From the NCBI GenBank assembly GCA_964360435.1, contig CAYHVQ010000002.1, positions 1 through 51,879 of the forward strand: a DNA stretch of 51,879 nucleotides. The letters run 5' to 3'. The DNA is from an uncultured Gammaproteobacteria bacterium. GTDB taxonomy: Bacteria; Patescibacteriota; Patescibacteriia; CAYHVQ01. The notes beneath the pieces are model-generated. The model ran no database searches. It had not been told where the DNA came from and saw only the letters and a list, made by a program, of their open reading frames with translations. Below, piece after piece: positions 1 to 9,681 of the stretch; within the stretch, counting starts at the first letter, position 1, and each line of letters starts with the position of its first letter. The translations under genes were made by a program, and so were the position numbers.

Positions 1-205
1 CAGAACGACTCTGATCCGCAAGCGTCACGTCATCCAAAAAAACGCTGTAAAGATCTTCGTCTTTCAGCTTCTGGGCGAGTTCCAATTGCCGGTGGAGATG
101 ATCCGGCGGATCATCTGATGGTGCTATAGTAGCCGCTGGAGCTGGCAGTGCTGGCACTCCTGGATCCGGCGGACGTGGCGCGCTGGGGACGGGATCTGGT
201 GACAT
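1..205 (-). CDS. hypothetical Pro-rich protein, N-terminal part only (gene runs off the window edge)
   Basis: A minus-strand ATG (cat at 203-205) opens a stop-free frame to position 1: MSPDPVPSAPRPPDPGVPALPAPAATIAPSDDPPDHLHRQLELAQKLKDEDLYSVFLDDVTLADQSRS. It starts 9 nt downstream of the stop of the 215-544 gene. I recognise no family. Confidence 0.35.
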   Translation of the reverse strand, partial: MSPDPVPSAPRPPDPGVPALPAPAATIAPSDDPPDHLHRQLELAQKLKDEDLYSVFLDDVTLADQSRS

Positions 206-214
206 AGGATTGTC

Positions 215-544
215 TTAAACCGTTCCAAGATCCTTTCGGAGCTCGCCGGTCTTGCTCAAAAAATCTTTCGCAAAATCCTCACACGCCTTCATGAGTCGTT
301 TTTTGAGATCCGGAACCCGCTGATTCAAAAATTGATAAACCGCCTTCGCATCTTCCGTGGCTAAGGCCTGCTCAAACCCCTCCCATTCATTTTCCGGCAA
401 GGCATCCATCGCGATCATCCCCAGCCGCTGGGTGAGTTGCGTCTCGAGCTCCCGAATAAATCGCTCCCGAAAATTCGGCGGAAGATCTGTTAAGCTCGCT
501 TGATTGAGCAATTCGTCCATAAACTCCTGGATTTCATTGGCCAT
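215..544 (-). CDS. hypothetical small helical protein (109 aa)
   Basis: ATG-initiated ORF with a protein-like, acidic, helical sequence (MANEIQEFMDELLNQASLTDLPPNFRERFIRELETQL...). This resembles small conserved proteins of CPR genomes, but the family is not assigned. Confidence 0.6.
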   Translation of the reverse strand: MANEIQEFMDELLNQASLTDLPPNFRERFIRELETQLTQRLGMIAMDALPENEWEGFEQALATEDAKAVYQFLNQRVPDLKKRLMKACEDFAKDFLSKTGELRKDLGTV

Positions 545-631
545 AGAGATATTTCATTAAAAATGAGGAAAAACTGATATTTTAGAGTATACCACTTTCC
601 CGCCAGCCCGTCAACTTTCTCTAAAAAACCC

Positions 632-659
632 TTTACAAAACCGATCCAATTGATATGAT
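632..659 (+). promoter_or_regulatory. candidate sigma70-type promoter for tRNA-Asp
   Basis: TTTACA (632-637), a 16-nt spacer, then TATGAT (654-659), about 22 nt upstream of the tRNA 5' end. Confidence 0.35.
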
Positions 660-681
660 ACTCAAGACCAGAAAGATATAT

Positions 682-754
682 GGGGACGTAGCTCAGTGGT
701 TAGAGCGATCGCCTGTCACGCGATAGGTCGCGGGTTCAAGTCCCGTCGTCCCCG
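682..754 (+). tRNA. tRNA-Asp (anticodon GTC)
   Basis: 73-nt cloverleaf folded by hand. Acceptor stem GGGGACG/CGTCCCC, D-stem GCTC/GAGC, and anticodon stem ATCGC/GCGAT with loop CTGTCAC (anticodon GTC). Variable loop AGGTC, T-arm GCGGG-TTCAAGT-CCCGT, discriminator G. CCA is not encoded. Confidence 0.93.
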
Positions 755-828
755 CTCGCGTAAATCATCGCTTCTGTTCCGCGTCCGAGCAAAGCTCGTT
801 CGCTTCACATCCGCGATGTTCCCGCTCT

Positions 829-917
829 CCCCACAAAGGAGTTCTCGGTCTTTCTTTACGGAGACTTCTCGCTACACTCGAAGTCTCCTAAAAGACCTGC
901 GCTACCCCTTTGTGGGG
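829..917. other. 89-nt extended hairpin (three coaxial stems) downstream of tRNA-Asp; function unknown
   Basis: The outer stem is CCCCACAAAGG (829-839) / CCTTTGTGGGG (907-917). The middle stem is GGTCTTT (847-853) / AAAGACC (891-897). The inner stem is GGAGACTTC (860-868) / GAAGTCTCC (880-888) with an 11-nt loop. No U-tract follows on either strand. Confidence 0.4.
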
Positions 918-1006
918 GACTGACCCATCGTTCCTGCTAAGCTCGGAGTACTGTTTTGGTCCTAATATTCTTTTGAAATTCAAATATCATGATCGCCGCT
1001 CATAGC

Positions 1007-1621
1007 TTACTCCTCCATAACAAAGCTCCGCGCGATGGTATAGAACTCATCCTTGGATGCGCCCCACTTCTCCGTGGTCGTGTTGAATGACAAACTGTAA
1101 TATTTGTCGCCGGCGTCAATCAAAACCACCAAAACGGTATAGTCAACATCCTGCTGATTTAATTCCATAGCAGATAGTTTTGCGGGCAGGCCGCCGATTG
1201 TCTCATCGCTTGTGACAAAAACCTTTGCCGTCGGAATTGCGACGGTGATATTGTTTACTGTCAACGTGTTGACGTCTTCCAAGGTCTTCCCTTGCAGATT
1301 ATCAAACGATACGGCGATGTAGCTCTTAAAATTTATTTTTGCGGCGGAGCTTCCGCTAGGATGCGTTTCCGAATTGTTGTGAAACGAAACCAGTGTGCTC
1401 GGAATTTGACCCTGGATCCATCCCTGCGGTTGAAGCAAGGAAAACCCATCTCCCTGGTAACGCTGATCGGAAGGCGACGCATTCGTATTCAAAGCAAGAG
1501 CATTATTTGCCAGGACATTTTCTTGGGATGTACTCGGATTCGCCTTTTGAGTGGCGAAATACAAACCCACCACCGCGATCACGATGACCGTAATAATCAC
1601 GAAGGGGAAATATTTTTTCAT
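1007..1621 (-). CDS. membrane-anchored secreted hypothetical protein (204 aa)
   Basis: The ORF is trimmed to the internal ATG at 1621 (MKKYFPFVIITVIVIAVVGLYFATQK). It has an N-terminal TM helix, an N/S/T-rich linker and a mixed alpha/beta C-terminal domain (possibly PsbP/DcrB-like, not verified). Confidence 0.6.
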   Translation of the reverse strand: MKKYFPFVIITVIVIAVVGLYFATQKANPSTSQENVLANNALALNTNASPSDQRYQGDGFSLLQPQGWIQGQIPSTLVSFHNNSETHPSGSSAAKINFKSYIAVSFDNLQGKTLEDVNTLTVNNITVAIPTAKVFVTSDETIGGLPAKLSAMELNQQDVDYTVLVVLIDAGDKYYSLSFNTTTEKWGASKDEFYTIARSFVMEE

Positions 1622-1692
1622 ACTGGACTTTACAATGATGATGAGTGCATCATAAACCTTTATGGAAGCAAAGACAAACAAAAAAGGTGGGG

Positions 1693-2154
1693 TTACCACC
1701 AAAGGCGACAGAGTTCGATGCTTCCACCAGAGCGCGTCACGGGATCATAACCCGTCACAACCGCGTCCTGCCACGAGGATTCGACTTCCGGCGAGATCGG
1801 CCAGAACAAAACCTCTCCATGGATGACCAGTCGGCCATCCAACTCCTCAACATTCCCCACCATGAACTCGAGCCGCGCGTCCGGGCACTCCACCGCGAAT
1901 TGCACGGAAAGCTCGTCCGCCTCGGGATCGCCGCATTGCGCACGCAGATTTTGACAATAGACCGCCAAAACCTCATCCCGAGTCGGGTTTTCAGGATCGA
2001 ACCGAATGCCAATCACGAAACACCTCCCGTTTAACTCCCCCACCTGTCCGTAAGCATAGATCAGGCCAATTCCTACGTCAACTCGCTGGCTACCCCATGG
2101 CCACGATTTTGTTTTCCACACCCTCTCCAAAAATCGCTCTTGATTTTTATCCAA
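1693..2154 (-). CDS. hypothetical protein (153 aa if the TTG start is used)
   Basis: This is the longest ORF in a GC-rich patch, and the sequence is protein-like (GIGLIYAYGQVGELNGRCFVIGIRFDPENPTRDEVLAVY...). The first codon is TTG with no Shine-Dalgarno site. The first ATG is about 97 codons in, so the start is uncertain. Confidence 0.35.
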   Translation of the reverse strand: MDKNQERFLERVWKTKSWPWGSQRVDVGIGLIYAYGQVGELNGRCFVIGIRFDPENPTRDEVLAVYCQNLRAQCGDPEADELSVQFAVECPDARLEFMVGNVEELDGRLVIHGEVLFWPISPEVESSWQDAVVTGYDPVTRSGGSIELCRLWW

Positions 2155-2223
2155 AAAGGTGTAAACTGTCGCCCAGCATCAACCTCCCCCTCGGTTCTTT
2201 GGGGGAATTTCAGGAGGGCGTAT

Positions 2224-2670
2224 ATGAGTCGCAATCCCTGCGACGCGCTGGCCGTCTACTGCTACGACCACCGGCTGCGGCAACGGCATCTGGATCTTCT
2301 GGATGCGCTCGGCGTATCTGCAGATCCCTTCAGCCAGCCCGGTGGCGCTCGGCGTGTCCTTGCACTGGGAGGCACCGACCACAACGACATTATCGTCCGG
2401 GAGGCGATTGATCTCGCTGTGCGACTCCATCAGATTTGGCAGATTATCCTCATCAACCACGAGGACTGCGGGGCGTACGAATCCGCCGAAATGGGATCCG
2501 AAGAGACCCGCCATGTCCAGCACGCGGATCTCGTGATCGCAACCCAGCGCATCGAGGTCGCCTACCCGAACCGGTTCACGGTCAGGAGGTTCTACCTGAA
2601 CCTCGACGGCACCTTCGAGGAGCTCGAGGACGACAGCGTCCTTTCCGCCGCCAATGCCAATCCCCTCTGA
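2224..2670 (+). CDS. small beta-carbonic-anhydrase-like protein (148 aa)
   Basis: ATG at 2224 is preceded by GGAGG (2213-2217, 6-nt spacer). It carries the motifs CYDHR (CxDxR) and INHEDCGAY (HxxCG) with the spacing of beta-class carbonic anhydrase zinc ligands. The protein is much shorter than typical enzymes. Confidence 0.5.
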   Translation: MSRNPCDALAVYCYDHRLRQRHLDLLDALGVSADPFSQPGGARRVLALGGTDHNDIIVREAIDLAVRLHQIWQIILINHEDCGAYESAEMGSEETRHVQHADLVIATQRIEVAYPNRFTVRRFYLNLDGTFEELEDDSVLSAANANPL

Positions 2671-2700
2671 CCAACCATCAGAGGTATTTTTTTGTCGGCG

Positions 2701-3933
2701 CTACAAAACGTCGCGACCGTATCCGCAATCCGATCCCAGTGATGGATAATACTTGGTTTGCAACAATTCCATCCAGCGTCCAAAAGAATCCTTCCAATAA
2801 ACCAACGGATGATCCGCAGCAAATGCGCTTTGGGAAATTTTTAATTTCGTCGTCGCCAAATACTCATACGCACTCTTGTACAGTGCGTCGGTTTGACTCA
2901 CAGGCTCATAAAAATCGTCGCCATTGCTGAATGTCCCGCCTTTGGCAAGCCGACTGTCTTCAAGATCCGGCCGGATCCGATACCGCGGGGCCGGACACGG
3001 AAGCACTTCAAGCGGCGAATATGTTCCCGATGTCGTTGTCCCATCGTTCCATGTAAGCGTTAAATTGGACGCGGAAATCGTGTCCCCATCGCCCGACTTC
3101 GCGTCTTCCAAAACAAAGGGATAATCCGGACGATAGGACTTTGTGGTATGATCCGCCATCTTCAAAACAAAAATTCCGGAAGTCGCGTACTCGTACAGGT
3201 CGCCATACGCCTCGCTCGTGACCGGCGCCAACTTGGCCTTATTTGTCGGACTCGCAATGAAGGTTGTGAAAAGCACAGCCGGACTCGCCTTTTCCGCCTT
3301 CAAGGTCAACGCGGACTTTTCGTACGTCACAGCGAAAGTTTCCGGCAAATGGAGATCGGGAACATCATACGTATTGTCCACGGTAAAAAACGAGGAATCG
3401 TCCGGATCCATAACATTGGACAGATCCTTGAGGAAAATCAATTTTCCACTTTTCGTGTCATCAATGACACGATAGTGGCTGGTTGTGAAGGGATAATTCG
3501 TCCGCTCAATAAGCAACACACGTTCCCCGTCAAAAACCCCTCCGGAGACCGTCCCCACGTGCAAGACGTTATAAATCTGCGAAACCGTTGCGTTGCTTGG
3601 AAGATCTTTTGCCGTATCGACAATTTTAAACCCAAGAGATGCCGAATCCACCCCCACCGGATCCGAGAGCCAGTCCACTGCAAGGTCGTTTGCACCAAAC
3701 GCGGCAGTGTTCGTATTCGCAGCCCCCTCCTCCTCGACCAGCACGGAATTTGTATCGGACGTATTGATATTCGTCTCATCCGCATTCGCGGTCGCATTCG
3801 TATTCAGCGCAACGTCCGATGATGTGATGGGATTCGCCTGCTGATACAAATAAATGCCAACCGCGGCGCCGACGATCAGCCCCGCAATCGGCAAAAAGAC
3901 CAACAACGTATATCGGAGCACTTTAGAGTCCAT
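2701..3933 (-). CDS. membrane-anchored extracellular hypothetical protein (410 aa)
   Basis: ATG start, N-terminal TM helix (LLVFLPIAGLIVGAAVGIYLY), an N/T-rich low-complexity linker, then a large globular region. I recognise no family. Confidence 0.65.
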   Translation of the reverse strand: MDSKVLRYTLLVFLPIAGLIVGAAVGIYLYQQANPITSSDVALNTNATANADETNINTSDTNSVLVEEEGAANTNTAAFGANDLAVDWLSDPVGVDSASLGFKIVDTAKDLPSNATVSQIYNVLHVGTVSGGVFDGERVLLIERTNYPFTTSHYRVIDDTKSGKLIFLKDLSNVMDPDDSSFFTVDNTYDVPDLHLPETFAVTYEKSALTLKAEKASPAVLFTTFIASPTNKAKLAPVTSEAYGDLYEYATSGIFVLKMADHTTKSYRPDYPFVLEDAKSGDGDTISASNLTLTWNDGTTTSGTYSPLEVLPCPAPRYRIRPDLEDSRLAKGGTFSNGDDFYEPVSQTDALYKSAYEYLATTKLKISQSAFAADHPLVYWKDSFGRWMELLQTKYYPSLGSDCGYGRDVL

Positions 3934-4010
3934 AATGATGCTTTAATTTTTATCTTTTATTATTATATCACTCCGCGTTCAGGTATACAAATTCGGAGAG
4001 ATGCGATAAA

Positions 4011-4709
4011 ATGAGCTTACTCATGAATACGGTCCTCGCCATCAACAAGCCCAAAGGCCCCACCTCTCACGACATCATTGACGAAATCCGGCGCATCACC
4101 GGCATTCAAAAGGTTGGACACGCGGGAACGCTCGATCCGCTGGCGCATGGCGTATTGGTGGTTGGAATCGGCCGCGACGCGACCCGCCAACTCGCCGGCA
4201 TCGTCCAAGAGGAAAAAGAATACATCGCGCAACTCACGCTCGGACAAACAAGCGCCACGGACGATGCCGAGGGAGAAAAAACTACGGTTGCCATCAAAAC
4301 GATTCCCGATCGCGACACCGTCCAATCCGTTCTTCCCACCTTTGTCGGCCGAATTTCCCAAGTCCCTCCGGCATATAGCGCGATCAAAGTCCAAGGGATA
4401 CGTGCCTACCGCGCGGCGCGAAAAAGAAAGCCACTAAACCTTCAACCGCGAACGGTCACCATCGAACAGATCGAGATCCTGTCCTTTGCGTGGCCTCTTC
4501 TTACTCTGCGGGTTGTTTGCGGCCCGGGCGTCTACATCCGCTCGCTGGCGCGCGATCTTGGCGAAGTGCTCCAGACCGGCGCCTTCCTCTCTGATCTCAA
4601 ACGCACGCGCGTGGGACAATTCACGATAGAAACAGCCCTTTCCCTTGAAACCCTTAATCGAAACTGGCACCATGAGCATCTCGCTGGCTCGAAAAAACCT
4701 TCTGCATGA
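4011..4709 (+). CDS. truB: tRNA pseudouridine(55) synthase TruB
   Basis: TruB signature LAINKPKGPTSHDIIDEIRR...KVGHAGTLDPLAHGVLVVGIG, including the catalytic Asp in GTLDP. Confidence 0.85.
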   Translation: MSLLMNTVLAINKPKGPTSHDIIDEIRRITGIQKVGHAGTLDPLAHGVLVVGIGRDATRQLAGIVQEEKEYIAQLTLGQTSATDDAEGEKTTVAIKTIPDRDTVQSVLPTFVGRISQVPPAYSAIKVQGIRAYRAARKRKPLNLQPRTVTIEQIEILSFAWPLLTLRVVCGPGVYIRSLARDLGEVLQTGAFLSDLKRTRVGQFTIETALSLETLNRNWHHEHLAGSKKPSA

Positions 4710-5781
4710 AAAACTCCGATTTTTGATTAGCGTCGGAGGCGTGGCGTTTTCCGTCATGCTGATTTTAATGATCTTGGCGCTGTACCGAGGATGGAATGAA
4801 AAACTGGGCAGATATGTGGAAGACGTGGATGCCGATGTGTGGGTGCTCCAAGCCGGTGCCGCTGATATGTTCCATTCCACATCCATCTTCCCCCTTGCGC
4901 TGGTTGACGAACTTAAAACCATTGACGGAGTTGAGCGCGCGGATCCTTTGATCGGCTGGCGTGTCCCTGTGGAAAATACAGGACACGAGGCGATGACAAT
5001 TATCATGGGATACAATACCGAAACCGGTGCAGGCGGGCCGATGGAAATCGTGAAAGGACAAACGCCGAAAAAAGGAGAAATCATTATTGACGAGGGGCTG
5101 GCAAAAAAAATCGAACGCGGAATCGGGGACACGATGACGATTGTGGATCGCGAATTTAATGTTTCAGGAATCAGTCGCGGTGGAAATGTTGTCACCTTCC
5201 AATACTCCTTTATGCCGATCGAGGACGCGCGCGAATTTATGCAAATGGAAGGCTTGACCAATTATGCCCTTGTTACGTTTTCAAAAGGCGCAGATGCCGA
5301 TCGTGTCACCGCGAAAATCGAAACAAAATTTCCCGACCTTGGCGTTTTAACCAAAACCACGTTCGCGGATAATAACCGCAAGCAAATCATGGAAGCATTC
5401 CTTCCCATTATCAAAGTCCTCGTTGTGATCGGATTTATTGTGGGACTGGTTGTCATCAGCCTCACGATCTACACCGCAACCATTGAAAAAAGCCGCGAGT
5501 ACGGAATGCTCAAAGCCGTTGGCGCGAAAAATCGGCACTTGTATAAAATTATTTTCACGCAATCGGCGATCGCAGGACTTGGCGGTTTCGCGTGCGGACT
5601 CGGACTCACGTTCTTGAGCGCAGACATCATTGGCCGCATCGAGCCGAGTTTTGTCACAACAATCGCGGCAAACGACGTCGTGACGGTTTTTGGGATCACG
5701 ATTCTCATGATTCTGCTTTCTGCGTTTATCCCGATCCGACGGATCGTCAGCATTGACCCCGCCATGGTCTTTAAGGCGTAG
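4672..5781 (+). CDS. ABC transporter permease, FtsX/MacB-like
   Basis: The N-terminal TM helix is followed by a large extracytoplasmic domain and a C-terminal 3-TM FtsX-type bundle (LKAVGAKNRHLYKIIFTQSAIAGLGG...). I chose the ATG at 4672 over the TTG at 4645. The gene overlaps the truB 3' end. Confidence 0.8.
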   Translation: MSISLARKNLLHEKLRFLISVGGVAFSVMLILMILALYRGWNEKLGRYVEDVDADVWVLQAGAADMFHSTSIFPLALVDELKTIDGVERADPLIGWRVPVENTGHEAMTIIMGYNTETGAGGPMEIVKGQTPKKGEIIIDEGLAKKIERGIGDTMTIVDREFNVSGISRGGNVVTFQYSFMPIEDAREFMQMEGLTNYALVTFSKGADADRVTAKIETKFPDLGVLTKTTFADNNRKQIMEAFLPIIKVLVVIGFIVGLVVISLTIYTATIEKSREYGMLKAVGAKNRHLYKIIFTQSAIAGLGGFACGLGLTFLSADIIGRIEPSFVTTIAANDVVTVFGITILMILLSAFIPIRRIVSIDPAMVFKA

Positions 5782-5790
5782 AGCTCTAGT

Positions 5791-6612
5791 ATGAACACCC
5801 TCACCGTTCAGCATTTGAAGAAAACATTCGGAAAAGGGGAAACGGCGGTTAGCGCGGTGGATGATGTTTCTTTTGATGTTTCCGCGGGCGAAATTGCGCT
5901 CATTATGGGACCATCGGGATCCGGAAAAACAACCCTCCTTTCCATGATTGGCGGACTACTGACTCCAACCTCGGGCTCGATTGCGATCAACGGAAAGGAA
6001 ATCACCCGCATTCCCAAAAAACAGCTTCCGGACATCCGATTACGGAAGATTGGTTTTGTTTTTCAATCCTTCAACCTGTTCCAAAACCTCACTGGACTGG
6101 AAAATGTTCAATATGTCGGCGAGCTTGCTGCCCAGTCGTCTTCTGCGGCAAAGAAAAAAGCAACAGAGCTCCTCGAGAAGCTCCATCTTGAAAAACGCAT
6201 GCACGCGCTCCCTGCGCAACTTTCCGGCGGACAGCAACAGCGCGTCTCCATTGCCAGAGCGCTCATGAACGACCCCGCGATCATCTTAGCCGACGAGCCC
6301 ACGGGAAATCTCGACTCACGCTCCGGCCACGAGGTCATGATGCTGTTTCACAATATCGCAAAAGAAGAAGGCCGTAGTGTTGTGATTGTCTCCCATGACC
6401 AGCGGATTCGCGACATTTCGGATCGGACACTATGGATTGAAGATGGGAAAGTCTCTGCCGAGCCTCCGGAACCCGACGCGTTTGTCCGCGATCCGGTTTG
6501 CGGGATGCGTGTTGACGCAAAATATACTCCCTTTAGTATCGAAAAAGGCGACAAGAGCTACAAATTCTGCTCGGAGGATTGCCAAAAAAAATTCAAACAG
6601 TTGGGGATTTAG
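5791..6612 (+). CDS. ABC transporter ATP-binding protein (MacB/LolD type) with a C-terminal YHS/TRASH Cys motif
   Basis: Walker A GPSGSGKTT, signature LSGGQQQR, Walker B ILADEPTGNLD and H-loop SHD. The C-terminal tail is DPVCGMRVDAKYTPFSIEKGDKSYKFCSEDCQKKF. Confidence 0.9.
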   Translation: MNTLTVQHLKKTFGKGETAVSAVDDVSFDVSAGEIALIMGPSGSGKTTLLSMIGGLLTPTSGSIAINGKEITRIPKKQLPDIRLRKIGFVFQSFNLFQNLTGLENVQYVGELAAQSSSAAKKKATELLEKLHLEKRMHALPAQLSGGQQQRVSIARALMNDPAIILADEPTGNLDSRSGHEVMMLFHNIAKEEGRSVVIVSHDQRIRDISDRTLWIEDGKVSAEPPEPDAFVRDPVCGMRVDAKYTPFSIEKGDKSYKFCSEDCQKKFKQLGI

Positions 6613-6615
6613 AGG

Positions 6616-7578
6616 TCATCCAACGAGTTGCTTGAATTCCTCAACCATCGGAACCTGCTCGGACTCCAACCCGTATTGTTGTGCAGTATACAGCGCGGTC
6701 CAATCGGCCAGAAGGAGCGATCCAAACATCCGCTCCAAGCGTGTCGAACCATCAATATCTAAAACATATACTGGAAGTCCCCGATCTTCATAGAGTTTTT
6801 GGGTGACTTCCATCCGTTTCAAATTCTTCGGGTGATCTTCTGAATCACGGAGAAAGAGGAATGAAAAACGCTCCGAGAGATGCTTACTGGTTTCCTGAAG
6901 ATCAAACCCCGTCATTTCGTTGTGGTTCAATTCCGGAAACGCATTGCAGAACGCCGGAATCTTTCCAGTTTCATTCAGTTTGATTTTCCAGTTGTACGCA
7001 ATGGAAAAATTTCGCGCCGAAGCGCAGATGACTGGAACATGATCTTTCAGGGCTTTCGCAAGTTCCTGACCGCGCGACTGAAACGCCAATGACTGCAACG
7101 TCTCGGCTAACCGCCCGGACTCCACAAGCGCATCTTCCCTGCCAAGGAGTTTCGCCATCGCGCGAAAACTATACCCCAGCGCACACCGCGGCTGAATACC
7201 GGTATTCGGGAGTTGAATAAACGGTACGCCGAGTTGCTCGGCTCGCTCCAATAATTTTCCGCCCACCGCAATCACCGCAACATTCATCTTTGCGGCACGA
7301 GCTTCCTCAAATGCGCTCAACGTCTCCTCCGTATTTCCAGAATAGGAACTAGCAACAAACAGCGCATCGGAACCCGAAGATCCAGGCGGCAATCCATAAT
7401 CTTTGTGAATCATCACTTGAAACGCGGGATCATAGGACTGCAAAAGATCCGCGGCAAGATGGGATCCGCCCATCCCCGCGATGATCGCCATGGTTGCCGG
7501 TTTGAGTTGATCTGCGTTTCGAACCTCGGGATCAAACGCAAATTGACTCGCAAATTTTTCGATCGCTTCCTGCATCAT
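6616..7578 (-). CDS. bifunctional phosphoglucose/phosphomannose isomerase family protein (SIS domain)
   Basis: SIS-type motifs IIAGMGGSHLAADLL and ASSYSGNTEETL. The 320-aa length fits the PGI/PMI family. Confidence 0.8.
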   Translation of the reverse strand: MMQEAIEKFASQFAFDPEVRNADQLKPATMAIIAGMGGSHLAADLLQSYDPAFQVMIHKDYGLPPGSSGSDALFVASSYSGNTEETLSAFEEARAAKMNVAVIAVGGKLLERAEQLGVPFIQLPNTGIQPRCALGYSFRAMAKLLGREDALVESGRLAETLQSLAFQSRGQELAKALKDHVPVICASARNFSIAYNWKIKLNETGKIPAFCNAFPELNHNEMTGFDLQETSKHLSERFSFLFLRDSEDHPKNLKRMEVTQKLYEDRGLPVYVLDIDGSTRLERMFGSLLLADWTALYTAQQYGLESEQVPMVEEFKQLVG

Positions 7579-7588
7579 AGGAAAATTA

Positions 7589-9598
7589 TTAAGGTTTTTT
7601 TAACATTTTTCGTGCGGTTGCAACCACGCGTGCGGCCGTGAAGCCGAATTTTTCAAAAATGATCTCGGCTGGCGCAGAGACGCCAAACCGATCCATCGCA
7701 ATGACCGCACCCTCCGACCCGACGTACCGCTCCCATCCAAACGACGACCCCGCCTCAATCGCAATTCGTTTCGTGACCTGTTGCGGCAACACCCGCTGCT
7801 GATAGGTTTGAGTCTGCCGCCCAAAGAGCTCCCACGATGGCATGCTGACGACGCGAACGCGCAGACCCTCTTGCGCGAGTTTCTCTGCGGCGTCCAGGGC
7901 TAACGCAACTTCCGATCCGCTCGCAATCAAGATCAACTCCGGCACACCCGCGCTGTCTTTCAAAATATACGCGCCACGGGAGAGGTGTTTTGCGGGCGCA
8001 AATTGCGCTCGATCCAGCACCGGAACTTTTTGACGCGTCAGCGCCAAAATTGTCGGCCCGGAGTTTTTTAACGCCGCTCGCCACGCTTCCACGGTTTCAT
8101 TCGCGTCCGCCGGACGAATAACGGTCATCCCTGGCATGGCACGAAAACTTGCAAGATGTTCAACCGGCTGATGCGTTGTTCCATCTTCCCCAAGTCCCAC
8201 AGAATCGTGCGTCAAAACATAAATGACTCGCAACTTCATGATCGCCGCCAATCGCATGGCCGCGCGCATATAGTCGGAAAAGATAAAAAACGTTCCACCA
8301 TAGGGAATCATTCCGGAGAGCGCCATTCCGTTCAGCATCCCGCCCATCGCATGTTCCCGTACGCCAAAATGAAAATTTCGACTCTCGCGATCAAACACGG
8401 CAGGGGAGACGGATTTCCATTTTTTGAGTGTCGTGTTGTTTGACGGCGTAAGATCCGCAGAACCGCCAAAAAGTAAGGGAAGATCTTGTGCAATCGCATT
8501 TAGCACCTCTCCCGATGCTTGCCGCGTTGCCATCAAACCCTGTTTTGCGGAAAACTTCGGAAGATGTTGTTCCCATACTGAAGAGTGTTTCCCCGCCGAC
8601 ATCCCGCGAATTTCCTCTGCCAATGCGGGATATGCAGCCGCGTATGCTCGAAACGCCGCCTGCCATTCTTTTTCCAGTTGTCTGCCGCGTGTCGCAGCTT
8701 GCCGAAAATGCGCCCGAACGTCCGGCGGAATCACAAACGCCTGAAGCGGCCACCCCAGCGCGCGCTTTGTCGCCGCAACTTCTTCTTTCCCTAGTGGCGA
8801 CCCGTGCGCTTCTGCCATGTCGTGTTTATGAGGACTCCCCTCTGCAATGTGCGTCCGAATAAGGATGAGCGAAGGCTTTGCGTTTTTCTTTGCGGATTGA
8901 ATCGCGCACTCGATCGTGGACACATCATTTCCATTCGCGACGCGCTGAACATGCCAACCGTACGCTTCAAAACGCTTTGCGACATCTTCCGTGAACGTGA
9001 GCTCCGTGGATCCGTCAATGGAAATATGGTTCTCGTCGTACAACGCGATCAGCTTTCCGAGTTTCAATGAACCCGCAAACGAGGCCGCCTCGGACGTGAT
9101 CCCCTCCATGAGGTCACCGTCCGAAACAAGGGTGTAAATAAAATAATCAAACAGTCGAAAATTTCCCCGATGGTAGCGGGTCGCGAAGACCTTTTGAGCC
9201 AACGCCATTCCCACCGCGTTTGCAAACCCTTGCCCGAGCGGGCCGGTTGTTGTTTCCACGCCGGGTGTCAGTCCAAATTCCGGATGACCGGGCGTCCGAC
9301 TTCCCCACTGCCGAAATTTTTTCAAATCTGCGAGCGACAGGTCATAACCAGTCAAATGCAAAAGGCTGTAAAGGAGCATGGATCCATGCCCCGCGGAGAG
9401 AACAAATCGGTCTCGCCCAAGCCACAATGGATGCTTGGGATTGTGACGTAAAAACCGCGTCCACAACACATGGGCCATGGGCGCCGCTCCCATCGGCATG
9501 CCAGGATGACCCGACTGCGCCTTCTCAACCGCGTCAACCGCAAGCATCCGAATCGTATTGATACACCGCTCATCCATTTGATGGGAAGTCATTGGCAT
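7589..9598 (-). CDS. tkt: transketolase
   Basis: The N-terminal TPP-binding signature is [35 protein letters not shown]. Other motifs are GDGDLMEG-like (SDGDLMEG) and [16 protein letters not shown]. The ORF is trimmed to the ATG at 9598; 9592 is also possible. Confidence 0.92.
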   Translation of the reverse strand: MPMTSHQMDERCINTIRMLAVDAVEKAQSGHPGMPMGAAPMAHVLWTRFLRHNPKHPLWLGRDRFVLSAGHGSMLLYSLLHLTGYDLSLADLKKFRQWGSRTPGHPEFGLTPGVETTTGPLGQGFANAVGMALAQKVFATRYHRGNFRLFDYFIYTLVSDGDLMEGITSEAASFAGSLKLGKLIALYDENHISIDGSTELTFTEDVAKRFEAYGWHVQRVANGNDVSTIECAIQSAKKNAKPSLILIRTHIAEGSPHKHDMAEAHGSPLGKEEVAATKRALGWPLQAFVIPPDVRAHFRQAATRGRQLEKEWQAAFRAYAAAYPALAEEIRGMSAGKHSSVWEQHLPKFSAKQGLMATRQASGEVLNAIAQDLPLLFGGSADLTPSNNTTLKKWKSVSPAVFDRESRNFHFGVREHAMGGMLNGMALSGMIPYGGTFFIFSDYMRAAMRLAAIMKLRVIYVLTHDSVGLGEDGTTHQPVEHLASFRAMPGMTVIRPADANETVEAWRAALKNSGPTILALTRQKVPVLDRAQFAPAKHLSRGAYILKDSAGVPELILIASGSEVALALDAAEKLAQEGLRVRVVSMPSWELFGRQTQTYQQRVLPQQVTKRIAIEAGSSFGWERYVGSEGAVIAMDRFGVSAPAEIIFEKFGFTAARVVATARKMLKKP

Positions 9599-9681
9599 GG
9601 AGAAAAGTATATCACGGATGCCGCCCGATGAAAATGACATCCTACGACAACCTATTGACCATAGGAGAAAAATACGATACC

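Noticed and set aside
696-923. 75-aa plus-strand ORF
   Set aside because: It starts inside tRNA-Asp and runs through the hairpin element. Its Arg/Ser-rich translation is not credible as a protein.
682-2700. tRNA-Asp as an integration site of a genomic island
   Set aside because: The adjacent GC-rich patch is suggestive. However, I could find no integrase and no direct repeat of the tRNA 3' end by eye, so I report it only as a compositional observation.
4434-5261. 275-aa minus-strand ORF
   Set aside because: It is antisense to truB and the ABC permease, both of which have clear signatures. Its sequence is low-complexity and Ser/Pro-rich.
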